Assembly: GCA_010909165.1 (NCBI GenBank)
Contig: MU008185.1
Location: 434,001 to 498,000 of the forward strand
Reading direction: 5' to 3'
Length of the DNA stretch: 64,000 nucleotides
Source: Anthoceros angustus
Lineage: Eukaryota; Plantae; Anthocerotophyta
Position 1 is the stretch's first letter. Each line of letters opens with the position of its first letter. The notes below the pieces were generated by a model that was given only the letters and a program-made list of their open reading frames with translations, searched no databases and was not told where the DNA came from. Positions 1-12,520 of this stretch are shown in pieces. Made by a program: the position numbers and the translations under genes.

Positions 1-1902
1 AGCCTCCTACAAGCTGGCACACTTTGCACACATGTTCATCGAACTGCTGTCTACAAACACATCTTGCTGTCCTCTTCCTCTGATTTGTGCATGAAGATGC
101 TTCCCCATCTCCAAGGCCACAAAACCAACACTGGAACATGCCTGCAGGAGGAACAGCAATGTATCGATGCAGTTATGTATGTTACATTATCCGGTATACA
201 GATGCATTCTTCCTGCATAGCACTACAGAGAATCAGGGCTTCCTGCCTTTTTCCCTGCTGCAAATATCCTGCCATCATGGCAGTCCACGTCAGCACATCC
301 TTGTGACCGAGGCTATCGAACACTATCCCAGCATCATTCAAGATGCTGCCGCACTCAGCATACATGTTCACTAGACTGTTGGCTACAAACACATCAGCTT
401 GGTGCTCTCGCTCTCTAATTTTCAGATGAAAATGCCTCCCCATCTCCAAGGCCGAGGTGCCCCCATCCTGCTCCATGCCCTGCTGCTATCATGGCAGTCC
501 ATGCTACCTCATTTTTTTGACCAAGTCCGTTTAAAACTCTCTCAGCATCTTCCATCTTCTACTTTGCATACACATTCACCAAACTACTAACGAAAACCTC
601 GTCACCTTCCTGCCCAGTGCTCTAATCTGCGTATGGAGATGCCTGACCTTCGCCAACACCAGGGTGCCCGCACTTGCACATGCCTAAAAGAGGCCATGCC
701 CTGCTGGGACTATCCTGCTATCACGGTGGTCCACGAGCAAGTCCATCAAACATCGTTTGTGCATCTTCAAAGCTACCACACTTTGCATACATGTTCACCA
801 AACTGTTGGCTACAAACACATCAGCTTGATGTCCAAGATCTCTGACTAGCATATGCAGCTGCTTTCCCATGTCCAAAGCCAGGAACCCCACATTCACACA
901 TGCCTGCAGCAAAGCACACAAAGGTCACCAGATTTGGCACAGTCAGGCCTTCATCCTGCAGACCCCTGTAGAGGTGGAGGGCTTCCTGCCCCATCCCCTG
1001 CTGAGAGTATCGTGCCATCATGGCAGTCCACATAATCACATCTTTGCAACCAAGTCCATCAAACATTCTGTGCACACATTCCAAGCTGCCACACTTTGCA
1101 TACATGTTCACCAATTGCGGGCTACAACCACATCTTCATAACCTCGTTCTCTAATATGCACATGAAGCTGCTTCCCCTTCTCCAGCGCTTGGGCCCCCAC
1201 ATTTGCACACCCCTGCAAGAGGCTGACAAATGTAACGAAGCTGGGTACAGCCATGCCTCCCTCTTGCACAGCAGTGTAGAGACGAAAGGCTTCCAGTCCC
1301 CTGCCATGCTGAACATACCCTGCCATCATGTCTTTCGACGTCACCACATCTTTCTGACCGCAGCCTGAGCATGCTCCCTTGCCACACTTCACATACATAT
1401 CCACCAGGCAACTAGAAAGAAACAAATCAGGTTCGACACAGTAAGCCAACACACCAGCATGCACCTGCTGTCCAGATTTCAAGTCTGCACCCCTTGCACC
1501 AGCCTGAAGGGCTGCCTCAAACACAAGCCCGTCTGGGGTAACATCGGACATGGTCATGGCATGATGAAGCTGTATGGGCTGCTTGTCTTGTCCGCGTCTA
1601 ACATGCGCAGAAATTATGGACGACCCCATGAAGGCATGGGTTGGCAACGGCAGCCGACATATGCATTGCCTCTCGCAACCTGCCATGAGAAGCATACACC
1701 CGCATGATGTGGTTGCACACGAACGTGTCCGACTGGTAGCCCGTTTTGACAGCAAAAGAATGAACCCAGCGACCGAGAACGAGGTCTTTGTCCACCATAC
1801 AACACTTAAGTGACGTAAAAAAGAGAGACTTGAAAACACAACCCTCTGCCTGCACAAAAATTCCAAACGCCTCAACAGCCTCACTAAGATGGCCCCTGAC
1901 AA
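1..1902 (-). pseudogene. Degenerate PLS-class pentatricopeptide repeat (PPR) gene, running off the left edge
   Basis: Repeated motifs of the type ADVFVANSLVNMYAKCGS..DA..FD.L..KDV..WTAMMAGY.QQG...EAL are scattered over several frames (ORFs 51-476, 721-921, 821-1114, 1108-1902, 1598-1855). There is an in-frame stop near 560 (VNVYAK*) and parts of motifs are deleted. Confidence 0.85.
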
Positions 1903-2433
1903 CGCAGCTCGCTCACGGTGTCAGCCGTTACGCTCCCTTTGCATCCTGTAGGCCTGACAGAGTCAACATCATCCGGCAAGCTCCAGTGGCAAAGGGAGGC
2001 ACACCAATTATCACCATCTCCACCTGCGGAGCACCAGCCTCCGTTCACCTGGTGCTACCTTCCCACCTTACGAAACCTTGCGCCGAAAAAGCTCCCAGTG
2101 ACTATCTTGCAGTTATAAAAACACGACAAGATACCAACCTTTAGGTTGGTTACACAGGATATGGACTCTGTGTACATATGTATGTTGTTGTTGATGTCAT
2201 TCTGCAAATTCGCATCTCTTCTTCCCGATAACTAGACAGTGATCAGCACAGAAGAAGGTTTGCTGTGCTGAAAGTTGAAGTGCGGAGCAAACATTAGAAC
2301 GTGCTGGCCGAGTTAAGAAGGGAGAGGGGTTTAAGTTAAGCTTGAAAGCCATTGTATGGTCGAAGGTGTGGGGTAACCCTTGCCTAGCTCGCGGCATCGA
2401 CGGAGTACGGCTGTTGTAACTGGGTGGGGCGCG

Positions 2434-3870
2434 ATGAGGAAGAAGCTAGATACCCGTTTCCCGGCGGTGAGTTGCGCAGAGATTTTCCCCCATTGTGCTG
2501 TCCATCGACCATTCGAAGTGGAATTTTCGACAGCCAGGCTTGATGTGTGTCTGCATCTTGTTTTGTGCACAGGCTCGTATAAAGAAGATCATGCAGGCCG
2601 ATGAGGAAGTAGGGAAGATTGCATTGGCAACTCCCGTCCTTATTTGTAAGTCCACCGAGTCTCTTGCTTTTCTGAATCCCGAGTCATTTGAGGGGATCTC
2701 CAGCTAATTGGCTTCTGGGCTGCAGCTAAGGCTCTGGAGCTTTTTTTGCAAAGACTGTGTGACAAGACGGCCCAGATCACCTTGAAGAGGGGAGCCAAGA
2801 CTATGAGTGCGCTCCATTTGTAAGCATTACCCTTGTTTATTCTCTCGTCTCTTTTGTGCTCAAGGGTGCCGGCTCTAGTAATGTGTTCCCCACTCGCAAT
2901 GCATCATTGAAGTCTCGTTGTGAATGCTTTGTGGGCTTTCTGTTGGCAGAAAGCAATGCGTACAGTCAAACAGCGTGTTTGACTTCTTACAAGAAATTGT
3001 TTCTAAGGTTCCAGACATTACAACTGATGCCAATGTAGAGGAGAAGCACACTGGCAAAAGGAGGTACCTTTTATATCCTGTGACATGCCATTTGCCCCGT
3101 GATGGTTCATGGTAGGCTTCTCTGATTTTTTCTTTCGGCTTAGCAGCTTGTTGCACATGGTTGCAGAAAAGCAGTAGATGGAGATAGCAACGACAGTGAG
3201 GAGGAGGAGGCTGTTAAACGGCCGAAATCTGTGAGTCCTGGATCTCGTAGATTGTTAGGTTGTGTGGTTGATGCGTTAGGAGTACCTTTTGGTTGCTTTT
3301 AGCGCTGGTGCATTTCTCTGTTGTGGGTTTGTTTGTCCTTAACTCTTGTCATTCTGATTGATTCAGGAGTCGCAACCAGCACCTGGTAGAGGTCGCGGTA
3401 GAGGCAGGGGAAGAGGCCGGGGGAGGAATGGTGCGAGAGAGAGACATGGACCGGGAGTTGACAAGACTGAAGAAGCAGAGCTGGACAGCTGCGCACAAGA
3501 AGCGGAGAAGAGAAAAGGATCTGCTACTGTGAAGAGAGAGGAAGTTGAGAGCAGAGAACCTTCGCACCTTGAATCTCTGAAGTCTCAAGCAAGAAATTTT
3601 GACCTGAACAGGGAACCTGATGAGAATGAGGAGGTAGCACCAGCACCAGATGTGAAAGTAGAACATCCAAAGGGCTGGTCTCAAAACGAAGTCGAAGACG
3701 TAGACACGCAGGTAGATGTGGATAGGGATTCAGAAACCCAGACACAGGTAGATGAGGGTGACGTTGATATAGTTAACCCTGTGGATTTGGAGAGCCTGCA
3801 GTTACAACTGGCCCAAGAAAGGCAACAACTCGAGGATGACTATGATTGTGAAGATGATGAAGATGGTTGA
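2434..3870 (+). CDS. DRAP1: NC2 alpha / Dr1-associated corepressor (histone fold), about 6 exons
   Basis: Spliced reading: MRKKLDTRFPA (2434-2466) / ARIKKIMQADEEVGKIALATPVLI (from 2573) / KALELFLQRLCDKTAQITLKRGAKTMSALHL / KQCVQSNSVFDFLQEIVSKVPD. The last exon has an RG repeat, FDLNREP and an acidic tail, with TGA at 3868-3870. Introns are GT-AG. Confidence 0.93.
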
Positions 3871-4024
3871 ATCTCTTGTCTTCTTTCTTCAGCCATTCTT
3901 TACCCCCAATTGTAACATAGTGCGTCTTAAACATAAAAAGCTCAAAATTGGGACATCAAGTTAACCTATTTGGACCAACGCTTGTCGGAGAAGGGGTAAC
4001 CGAATCCGGTACCGATGAACTAGG

Positions 4025-4088
4025 TGTAAGGAACCATCTGCATGTGTGCAATTGTTTGTAAGGAACCATCTGCATGTGTGCAATTGTT
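4025..4088. repeat. Perfect 32-bp direct tandem duplication
   Basis: tgtaaggaaccatctgcatgtgtgcaattgtt occurs twice in tandem. Confidence 0.9.
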
Positions 4089-4433
4089 TTTTTGTTTGCA
4101 AATCGGCAGGTTGTATATTATGATACTCTCTTTCTTTTTGTGTAGGTAATCAATAGGTTGTACAGGTATTAAGTAAGCGTAAACAAATGCTTCAACTAGT
4201 ACAAAGGGGCAAAGCCAGACTCAGCACCATATGATAGCGGGGCATAAAAACAATTGGCCACGCCCAACAAACTACCAAGAAGATTCATATACAAAAAAAG
4301 TAACCTTGCAAGAACCCAAGCCGCCCTTGGCTACAAATAGAATGTAGAGAAAAGCCAACAGCCCATTAAGGAGCAGGGAAGCCAAGGTGGACCAAAGCTG
4401 GCAAAATGCCTTAAGAGAGCTAAAAAAGCCAAC

Positions 4434-4529
4434 AAAGTGCCTACAAGAGAGCGAAAAAAGCCAACGAAATACCCGCAATAGAGCGAAAAAAGCCCACAAA
4501 ATGCCTACAATAGAGCGAAAAAAGCCAAC
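4434..4529. repeat. Imperfect ~33-bp tandem repeat, 3 copies
   Basis: Units resemble aaatgcctacaatagagcgaaaaaagccaac. Confidence 0.75.
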
Positions 4530-5241
4530 AGCCCCTGTAATGAGTAGGAAACCAAGGCGTACCAAAGCTCGCAAAACCCACTTGGAATACAAGAATCCGT
4601 TTCAAACTCCAATCCAAAACCACCCCTACAAGCCACTTGGAGAAGTGTCACCAAAACCGCTTAAGGGATCCAGGAGGCACCACAACATAAAAAAAAACAA
4701 ATAGCCATATTGTTATATTAGATATATGTTTTTTTTGAAATTTTATTATTCTAAATAAGAAAATACCTATTTATATGTTTTGGTTTCTATTTCAATAATT
4801 TAGACAACTAACAACTTGTGACGTCCTTCCTTGAGGAGTGACACTTTAGCCAAGAGTTCTCATTAGAACTTCGTGGATAAACACTCCTTAGCTTGACCTT
4901 ATGGTCAGATCACTATCAAGATGGGGTATTGCACCCATCCCCGATTACTCTGAGCCCTTGGTGGATTGCCTATTATGAAGCCCTTTGGGGCCGCCCGGCT
5001 CAAATACAAGCTTTTATAAGCCCTTTTTTAGCGTTTAAAAAAAATTCAGATTAATCATGAGATTGTGATACAAGATGGCCTAGAAAAGTCTAGGGACACC
5101 TTGCTAAGGCTTGGGATAAACCACTTCAAGCCCCATTAAGGAGCATACTACTAAATGCAATGGTGGTCGAAGAAGACATTGTATCTTTAACAACCAAGGA
5201 CTCAGAAACCAAGCGCTGAGACAGCTAGAACTCCAGCAGTG

Positions 5242-5543
5242 CCATTGTAAGCCCCTTAGGGGATGCCTAATTCGATTGTAAGCCCCTTAGGGGATGCCTA
5301 ATTCCATTGTAAGCCCCTTAGGGGATGCCTAATTCCATTGTAAGCCCCTTAGGGGATGCCTAATTCCATTGTAAGCCCCTTAGGGGATGCCTAATTCCAT
5401 TGTAAGCCCCTTAGGGATGCCTAATTCCATTGTAAGCCCCTTAGGGATGCCTAATTCCATTGTAAGCCCCTTAGGATGCCTAATTCCATTGTAAGCCCCT
5501 TAGGGATGCCTAATTCCATTGTAAGCCTTAGGGATGTCTAATT
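5242..5543. repeat. 31-bp minisatellite, about 10 copies
   Basis: CCATTGTAAGCCCCTTAGGGGATGCCTAATT repeated head-to-tail with no spacers; later copies lose G or C in the homopolymers. Confidence 0.95.
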
Positions 5544-5589
5544 ATGATCTCTCACCGCAATGGGTCACTGGGCTTCTAGCTCGGGCCTT

Positions 5590-5730
5590 GGCCTCCTAGA
5601 CAATTATCCCGCCGCTGTTGTAAGGCTTCTATTCGGGGCCCTCCTAGACAATTATCTCGCCGCTGTTGTAAGGCTTCTATTCGGGGCCTTCAGGGCCTCC
5701 TAGATTATTATCCCCACTGTTGTAAGGTCC
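5590..5730. repeat. ~50-bp imperfect tandem repeat, about 3 copies
   Basis: cctcctagacaattatc..gccgctgttgtaaggcttctattcggggcc repeated. Confidence 0.8.
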
Positions 5731-7779
5731 TTTGGGATCCTCTACATTTAGTGGAATGTAAATCCCCAATCTATTCGCAAAAAAAAAAAAAAAGTAACAA
5801 CCTCGTACTCCAACTGGTAAATCACGTTATACAAATGTATAATTGGTAATCATTGTGACTAATCATTTTGCTGGATCTTTAGTCCATTTTTTTTCTATGA
5901 AACAAGACAAAAACCTTATAAATCAGTGTGGAGTATTTATATTCCTACCAAACTTTGTGGTAAAAAACTTTAACTCGTGACCCTTTATCTGGAAGGCATG
6001 ACGTGAAGTTGGTATTGATGCAAGTGTGTGTGCTAGAGATATGGACTGTGCTGGAGGTGAGTGATCGACCCAAGGACATGCCCTAGACCAATTGTACTGG
6101 GTTACATTCGCGACAACTGCCCACTATTGTCCACAGCCTTGGCAAACCCCACATAGGCCGGGGTGCTTGGCTCTAGTTTGTAGGACCCTATATTATCTTT
6201 CGGCTCGAGGAGCCATTCATGGAGTTTGTGTTGTCTATTTTTATCAAACATATTCTCATATGCAGGAAGGCGGTGGAATTTTTTGCTCAAGTATCATGCT
6301 ATGAAAATTTGAGTAAAATAAAAATCACTATACGAGAAAATAGGGTAAAAAATTAATTATGAGTAGTTTTGTAATCTCGGGGTTAAAGTCAAAGCATCAA
6401 CTACAAGAAACAAACAACTACCTACTAGAAACAATGTCTTAATTCCTATTTGAGGGGGCTTAGGAGCCCATCCCACTCACCTAATAAGGTAGATCACATG
6501 AATAATGTAGGATAAGGCCAACACACTAGAATTGGCGCGGCTAGGAAAGGTGGTGAAGATAAGGGCAATTGACTAGCATTAGCAGCTTGGTTAGGAAAGG
6601 CTTTCACACTCAGAGTATGGTCATTTAATTTGTGTCATCCCCGAGTTGGGACGTCTGATCTAGATACCTAAAGATAAAAAACTATACCAAAAAAAATCGA
6701 ACTCGTCACCACTTAGACTACATACCTATTATCCCGAGCTGGAAGCTAATGCAAGGAGATAGAAATACGACCCAGGGCAGACAAATCAAGAAGCCTCGTT
6801 ACCTCCAAGACCCTCCTGCTGTAGAGGTCACCGGCTGTAGAGGTACGAGGTCACATACGTAGGGCCCCCCATCGTGGTTCAATATCTTCCCAGTACTCGT
6901 CGCCCTGGTTCAATAGCGTCGCCCTAGACCATTTCCTGTACATCAGCATAGTATAATGTGAAGCCCGAAAAGCGATTGTGTACGGCTCACGTTGCTTTGT
7001 GTGGGGTTCGGCTGTTTTATTCCTAGAAAACTGCGAAAATCAGGAGCTGGTCCTGTCCCTGCGGCTGTCGCCGCGGCGACACCGTCGTAGATAACAAATG
7101 GCTGATCGCCTGGATGCCAGTCGATTTCCCACAAGGAGTGGAAGCAATGCACATATGCTACATTCAGAATCCAAGATATAATACAGTCGCATCAGCTCAA
7201 ACTAAATACTGGAGAATGCGAGGGCACTCTCACAGAGGGACTCACAATCGGGCCACCGGATTCATATCTAGTGTTTGCTGCAAACACTACTCCAGTGCCT
7301 ACAAAATTCCAGCAAGGTTAAGTAGCATCCACTGTGGATGCCAGTGCAACTCATCTATAACCCCCCCTCCCCTCTTCCCCCCTTCTACAGATGAGTTCCT
7401 TGAGCTAAACGACCACACATAACACTCGAACTGCACCAGACAACGGTATTAAGTGTCCCAGAGTTGGATGAGAATATGTTAGTGATCTGCTACAACATGG
7501 ATGGATTCAGAGCTATACAAAGGCAGCGGGATGGAAAGGAAGCTTAATATCCAACGAGTTTCACCAGGCGGCCGTGCTAATTATCGCTCGAGTACCAACA
7601 TTCCTGTAACCAAATAACGGCTAGACATGTCTTCTGTGTAACTGTCCACGTAAAGTAGGGTACTTGAACGCTAAGTATGCGAGAGGAAATCTGAACTGGG
7701 ATAGATCCTTCTGCGCCCCCAGCTACCGTCAAAATATCATGGTTATACTTCCACTAATCTCTTCCCCTTCACCTCTCAC

Positions 7780-10700
7780 TCAGCTGAGCATTTCCAGGTA
7801 AGACAGCTTTGACATGGGACTCTTGGAACCTCTATTGGAGTACATTTTGCCCACAGGGGAACCCACTTTGTCCTCTAAAGACCTTCCACGGAACACATGA
7901 GGGGATACATACTCAGAACTAGCCCTTCTTACAGGGGTCGAGTAGAAAGTGTCAGTACCTGATCTGGTGCTAGAAACTTCTGAGAAGTCATTGAAAGACC
8001 TACTGAGTGCAGGAGAGGAGTTCCCAGATTCTTTGTCACCTTCCAGGGTGCGCAGAACCTGCGGTCACAAACATTAAGACAGGAACAGCCATGAGCCATC
8101 ATCAGCCCCGATGTCTTAGTTTCAGAGCCTAGAAATCGAACGCAGAAGACCAGCAATGTTTGCTTAGCGAATGGATCTGTACCTGACTCATCCGTGGTCG
8201 CATTGCAGGCTCTTTTCGGATACATTGTGATGCTGCATGAACCATGCAATATAACTCATAGTCATCATAGGAACTCTCTAGGCGGGGATCAAGCAGCTCA
8301 TGTGTTGCACGCTCTTCAAGTAGAGGGCGGGCCTGTTCCAGATTTTTGGCATCACAATTATGTTATTGAACTGTGAACAGGAGTAGATAACAGGAACTAC
8401 AGAACACAGCCACAGTCTATGCTTTCTTCAAGTTCAAGACCTGAAAGTGCAACATCATGATGCAGACTTGCGAGCAATGCATAGCATCTCACCCATTCTG
8501 TCAAGCATTGCTGTCCCTTGGGTCTAGATGGATCAATAGCTTTCCGACCAGTGATGAGCTCCAGTAGGACCACACCAAATGAGTACACATCCGCTTTGTC
8601 TGTAATTTGACCAGTTTCAGCATATTCTGGAGCCAAGTATCTGCAGACGAACCATTCCTCATGTTGAGTACACGAGACTGTACATCTGCAATCATGAATG
8701 CGTTTGGCAGTAGAAAGTTGTACCCGAGAGTTCCGATGACTCTGGTCTCAACAGCTTGATCTCCATCCGGTTGCCACCTCGCCAATCCAAAATCTCCAAC
8801 CTGATGACACATGATCATGGCTCTTAGGTGAAATCACACCAAGTATGAAGGTTCCAATCTATGTGCAGCAAAGGGGCGTATGCAAAAGAGTTGTTGCATT
8901 CGCAAGCAATAACAAGACGTACACCATGGCAGCAACTGACAGTCAAAAGTTACAAACTTGACAAGCACAATGTCAATCTAGAAATCCTTGAGCCATTATC
9001 AGGCAAATACATATTTCTTACCAATGGCGAGAAATCATGAGTAAGCAGGATGTTGTTTGGTCTCAAATCTCGGTGAACGATGCAACCAACGCGGACCTCC
9101 TCATGCAAATACCTCAGTCCTCGGGCAGCTCCAACAGCAATTCTTTCACGATACTTCCACTCCAAAACTTTTGGGTTGCGTGCTGCAGCCCGGCCAAGTA
9201 GATGATAAGAGAAAATGCCCCAATTAGATCAATAGCAACATAAGAAAGATGCAGCACCATAATTTTCAAACTCCCGTCCTCACAAGTCTTCTGAACACCA
9301 CTCGTTGGGAACTACTTTTTTTACCTGACAAGTGCCAATCAAGGGATCCATTGCACACAAACTCATAGACTAACAATCGTCGCCGATTCTCCATACAGTA
9401 GCCAATCAAGGTGACCAGATTTCGATGTTGAGCACAACTGAGAACTTCGACCTCTGAACAGAACTCCACATCCCCTTGTGAACTTGCCAGTTTATGCTGC
9501 TTCACTGCGATCTCTTGGCCATCTTTCAGAGTCCCCTTGTACACAAAACCGAATCCACCTTCCGCCAGAAAGTGGTCTGCCGAGAAATTACTTGTAGCCT
9601 CTTCAAGTTCAGCATATGAGAACTTCCGGGGAGGCTGACCAAACTTTGGAGACACATTGTTACATACACTGCAGAGAGGTGGAGGTCCAAGAGCTTGCTT
9701 CTTCAATGACATAGCTGTTTTCCCAGATGACATCTTTTGCATTTCGTCTCTGTCAGCCAGCCAAGAGCCAGGGCTAGTACCTCCAAGGTTCCGATACTGA
9801 TCCAACCTGGCTGACAGACTTTGCCGCATCCCTCCTGTATTTATGCTTTTCATCTGGGCCAGCTCATGCTCCGATAAATACTTGGTAGCCTGTACAAGAT
9901 GCTCTAATTGCTGATATCCTACGTCCACCTTGGGTCTGCCACCTGTAAACTCCTGCTGGTTCAATAAATCCTGGAGATGTTGAACTTGTGATCTGTTAAT
10001 AGGTTGCACAGAGATGGGTGTCGGCTGCGGTGGAGGGGAAGAAAGCACTCCCGATTGATCAGCTGCACGAGAGAAAACCAGGTGAGTGGCTTGTACAGGC
10101 ATAGAGTTGTTATGAGGATACACCTGAGTTGAAATATGAGTGGTATCCTCCCGGGGTTTCTGTTAAAAGCTGGGAAATTTATAGCACAACTTACTTTCTG
10201 ACAACGATGGTGCATCGCTTGTTAGCGATACCAATGATAACGCCTCCAGCATGGACCCAGCATCCGACCCTCTATTGAGGGCGATTGAGTCACCTCGTGA
10301 AGGTCCTTTTGACATGTCTGCCACAAGCAGTAAGCGGCACGCTGGTTAGACTAAGCACGTCTACCTTTGAGGAGATGTGACCAATGGCAGACCAGCTGGA
10401 AGCATCAGTGCTAGCGCGAAGTCCACAAGTCAGCAGAGGAACAAAAAAGGAGCAAAAAAGGGAGAGACGAAGTGGTGCTACCCCAAGAACCCGGGAGGAC
10501 ACCCGGCTTACCATCATCGTCGTGGTAAGAGGAGCCGTCTGATTTGACACTTTCATCGAGCCAAAGTTGAACCTTGGGCTCGATGGAATAGTCTAAACTG
10601 CTGTCTGACCTATCGAGGGCCAGGTTGAGAAGCGTCTCCGGTGGTCGATCATACTGCTGGCCTACCAACACTGGGCGAAAGCTTTCCAGGTGGTGAGCAA

Positions 10701-12520
10701 TTGCACTGGGAGATTCGAAGTTAATGCTGAAGAAGGAACCTGCAGTGAACTCGGGATTGTAGCCTGGTGAAGAGAGAGCCTGAGCAGGAAGGTCTGGTTT
10801 AAAGTGCATCTGATTAATGGACGGATCAACCCCCTTGCCGAAGCGCACGGCTGGCACAGGATCTGCCATGAGCCGCGAACCGATGGACTGTTCTTCGACG
10901 GTCAATCCATTTGCCCCCATAGTCTGCTTGCATATGCGCAAAATGTCGTATCCCCCATTGCGCTTCATGAGCACAAGGTTGCAAGACATCTGCTCCGAAT
11001 AATACTTTTTGTCCTTCTTCATGTGCCTGCTCAAGACGCACAGACATTCAAAGAAGGGAATGTGAGGCGCAACCGAAAGCAGGTTGTCTTGGACCATTAA
11101 TGTGACACGACACCATCATAGTGGTGTGACAGAAAAAAGCGAGCCTTTGGAGGAGAGGAAGAAAAGTGGAGTGGGGCGGGCACCTGTCGAGGACAACCCA
11201 TGTTGCTTGCAGGGCAGCCGTTTCTTGTACTGTGATCACCTTCAACGGGGTCCCTGCCGTTACTCTAATCTCAAGTTTGACCTGAGAAGGCAAGACTGAC
11301 GTGAGCCTCGGTAATGACGGGTAGAAGGACATCCATCCATCGCAAAAGCAGAAAGCAGAAGGCAGCAAGCAGAAAGCAGAAGGCAGCAAGCAGAAAGCAG
11401 AAAGCAGAAAGCGCGAGTGACTCACCCCCTTCTTCTCGCACAGGCGATAACTCTGCGGATGCAGGCGTAGGGTCTCCTGGTACACGTCGAACTTTCTAGC
11501 CACTTCATCTTCGAGCATTTTGGGGTTGACTCCATTGAATGACAAGAGATCTGCCTTGGACTTGTACCCCACTGCATAATTTGCACACAACAACACACCC
11601 CTGAGTGACAAGCAGCGGCAACAACCCTTCCATACAGTTGCACGAAGAAAGACGTAGTAATTGGTGATCCAAAAAAGCCGGCGGAGTTCCTGCATGCAGT
11701 ACAATTCACACACAAGGAAGTGATCGAGCAGGCAGCGGGGAGCTCATGCTGTGCTACAGGCGGGCATTCGATCCGCTGCAAAGGTGGAAGCAGCCTAACC
11801 CCTAGCTGTGGAGGTAGGGATTCCGCCTGCCTCTGCCTCTGCCCCTGCTTCACTTCACCCCATGCCATCCCATTTTATCCCATCCCTTCACGGCCTGCAG
11901 CAGCCCAGCCTGTTGCTACGCTTTCATCACTGCCTGCACGAGATGCGGCTCCAGCTGACGGGCGGGGCGGAGGAAACAAAGCAGCGGCGTGAGGCATGAG
12001 CACGGCGGGCGGAGGGGCAGGCATCGGAATCTCAGAATTACGCGGAATTCCGGAAGTCGAGGCAACGGGATCCGGCAGCGAATGGCAGAGCTCTCCGCTT
12101 CGGCTCGTGATGCAAGCATGCAGGGCAGAGGAAGGGGCAATGCAGATGCAGCATCCTGTCCTGTCCAGTCCTGCCCTGTCCTTGGCTCTGCTTGCCGTGT
12201 CAGTTCAGCTGGTCCTGCAAAGGAAGGGGGCCAATTTGGGAGCCGGGAGAGTGCAGGAGGCATTCATCCATCCAGGCAGGCAGGCAAATCCACTTACGTT
12301 TTTGGAAGTATCCAACCCTGGAGAAAGCTGTCTTATGAGATAACGTACTAGGATTAATGACCTGGTGAAGAACACCAAGGAGAGTGAAGTCGTCCCCGGG
12401 CTGCACGACGTGGGACAGAGCCCACTCCAGCGCGCCCATGGTGAGCTCCTTGGTCGCATCGACCACCACCACCACGTTGGCCTTGCCGCCGCTCCGCTCC
12501 CCTGCAATGAGGCCCTCCAT
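7780..12520 (-). CDS. Receptor-like cytoplasmic Ser/Thr kinase with N-terminal USP-like (adenine nucleotide alpha hydrolase-like) domain, multi-exon
   Basis: N-terminus [43 protein letters not shown]. Then [73 protein letters not shown] and [13 protein letters not shown]. The last exon ends KLSYLEMLS* at 7780-7782. Confidence 0.93.
11346..11412. repeat. Intronic 7/21-bp tandem repeat (agcagaaagcagaaggcagca)
   Basis: Directly visible tandem repeat within a kinase intron. Confidence 0.8.

Noticed and set aside
5242-5543. CRISPR array (31-bp palindromic repeats)
   Set aside because: The repeats are contiguous with no unique spacers, there are no cas genes, and the context is plant nuclear DNA.
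4911-5753. CACTA element bounded by CACTA (4911) and TAGTG (5749-5753)
   Set aside because: Only 5 bp of inverted match, and the flanks differ (gat versus gaa); compatible with chance.
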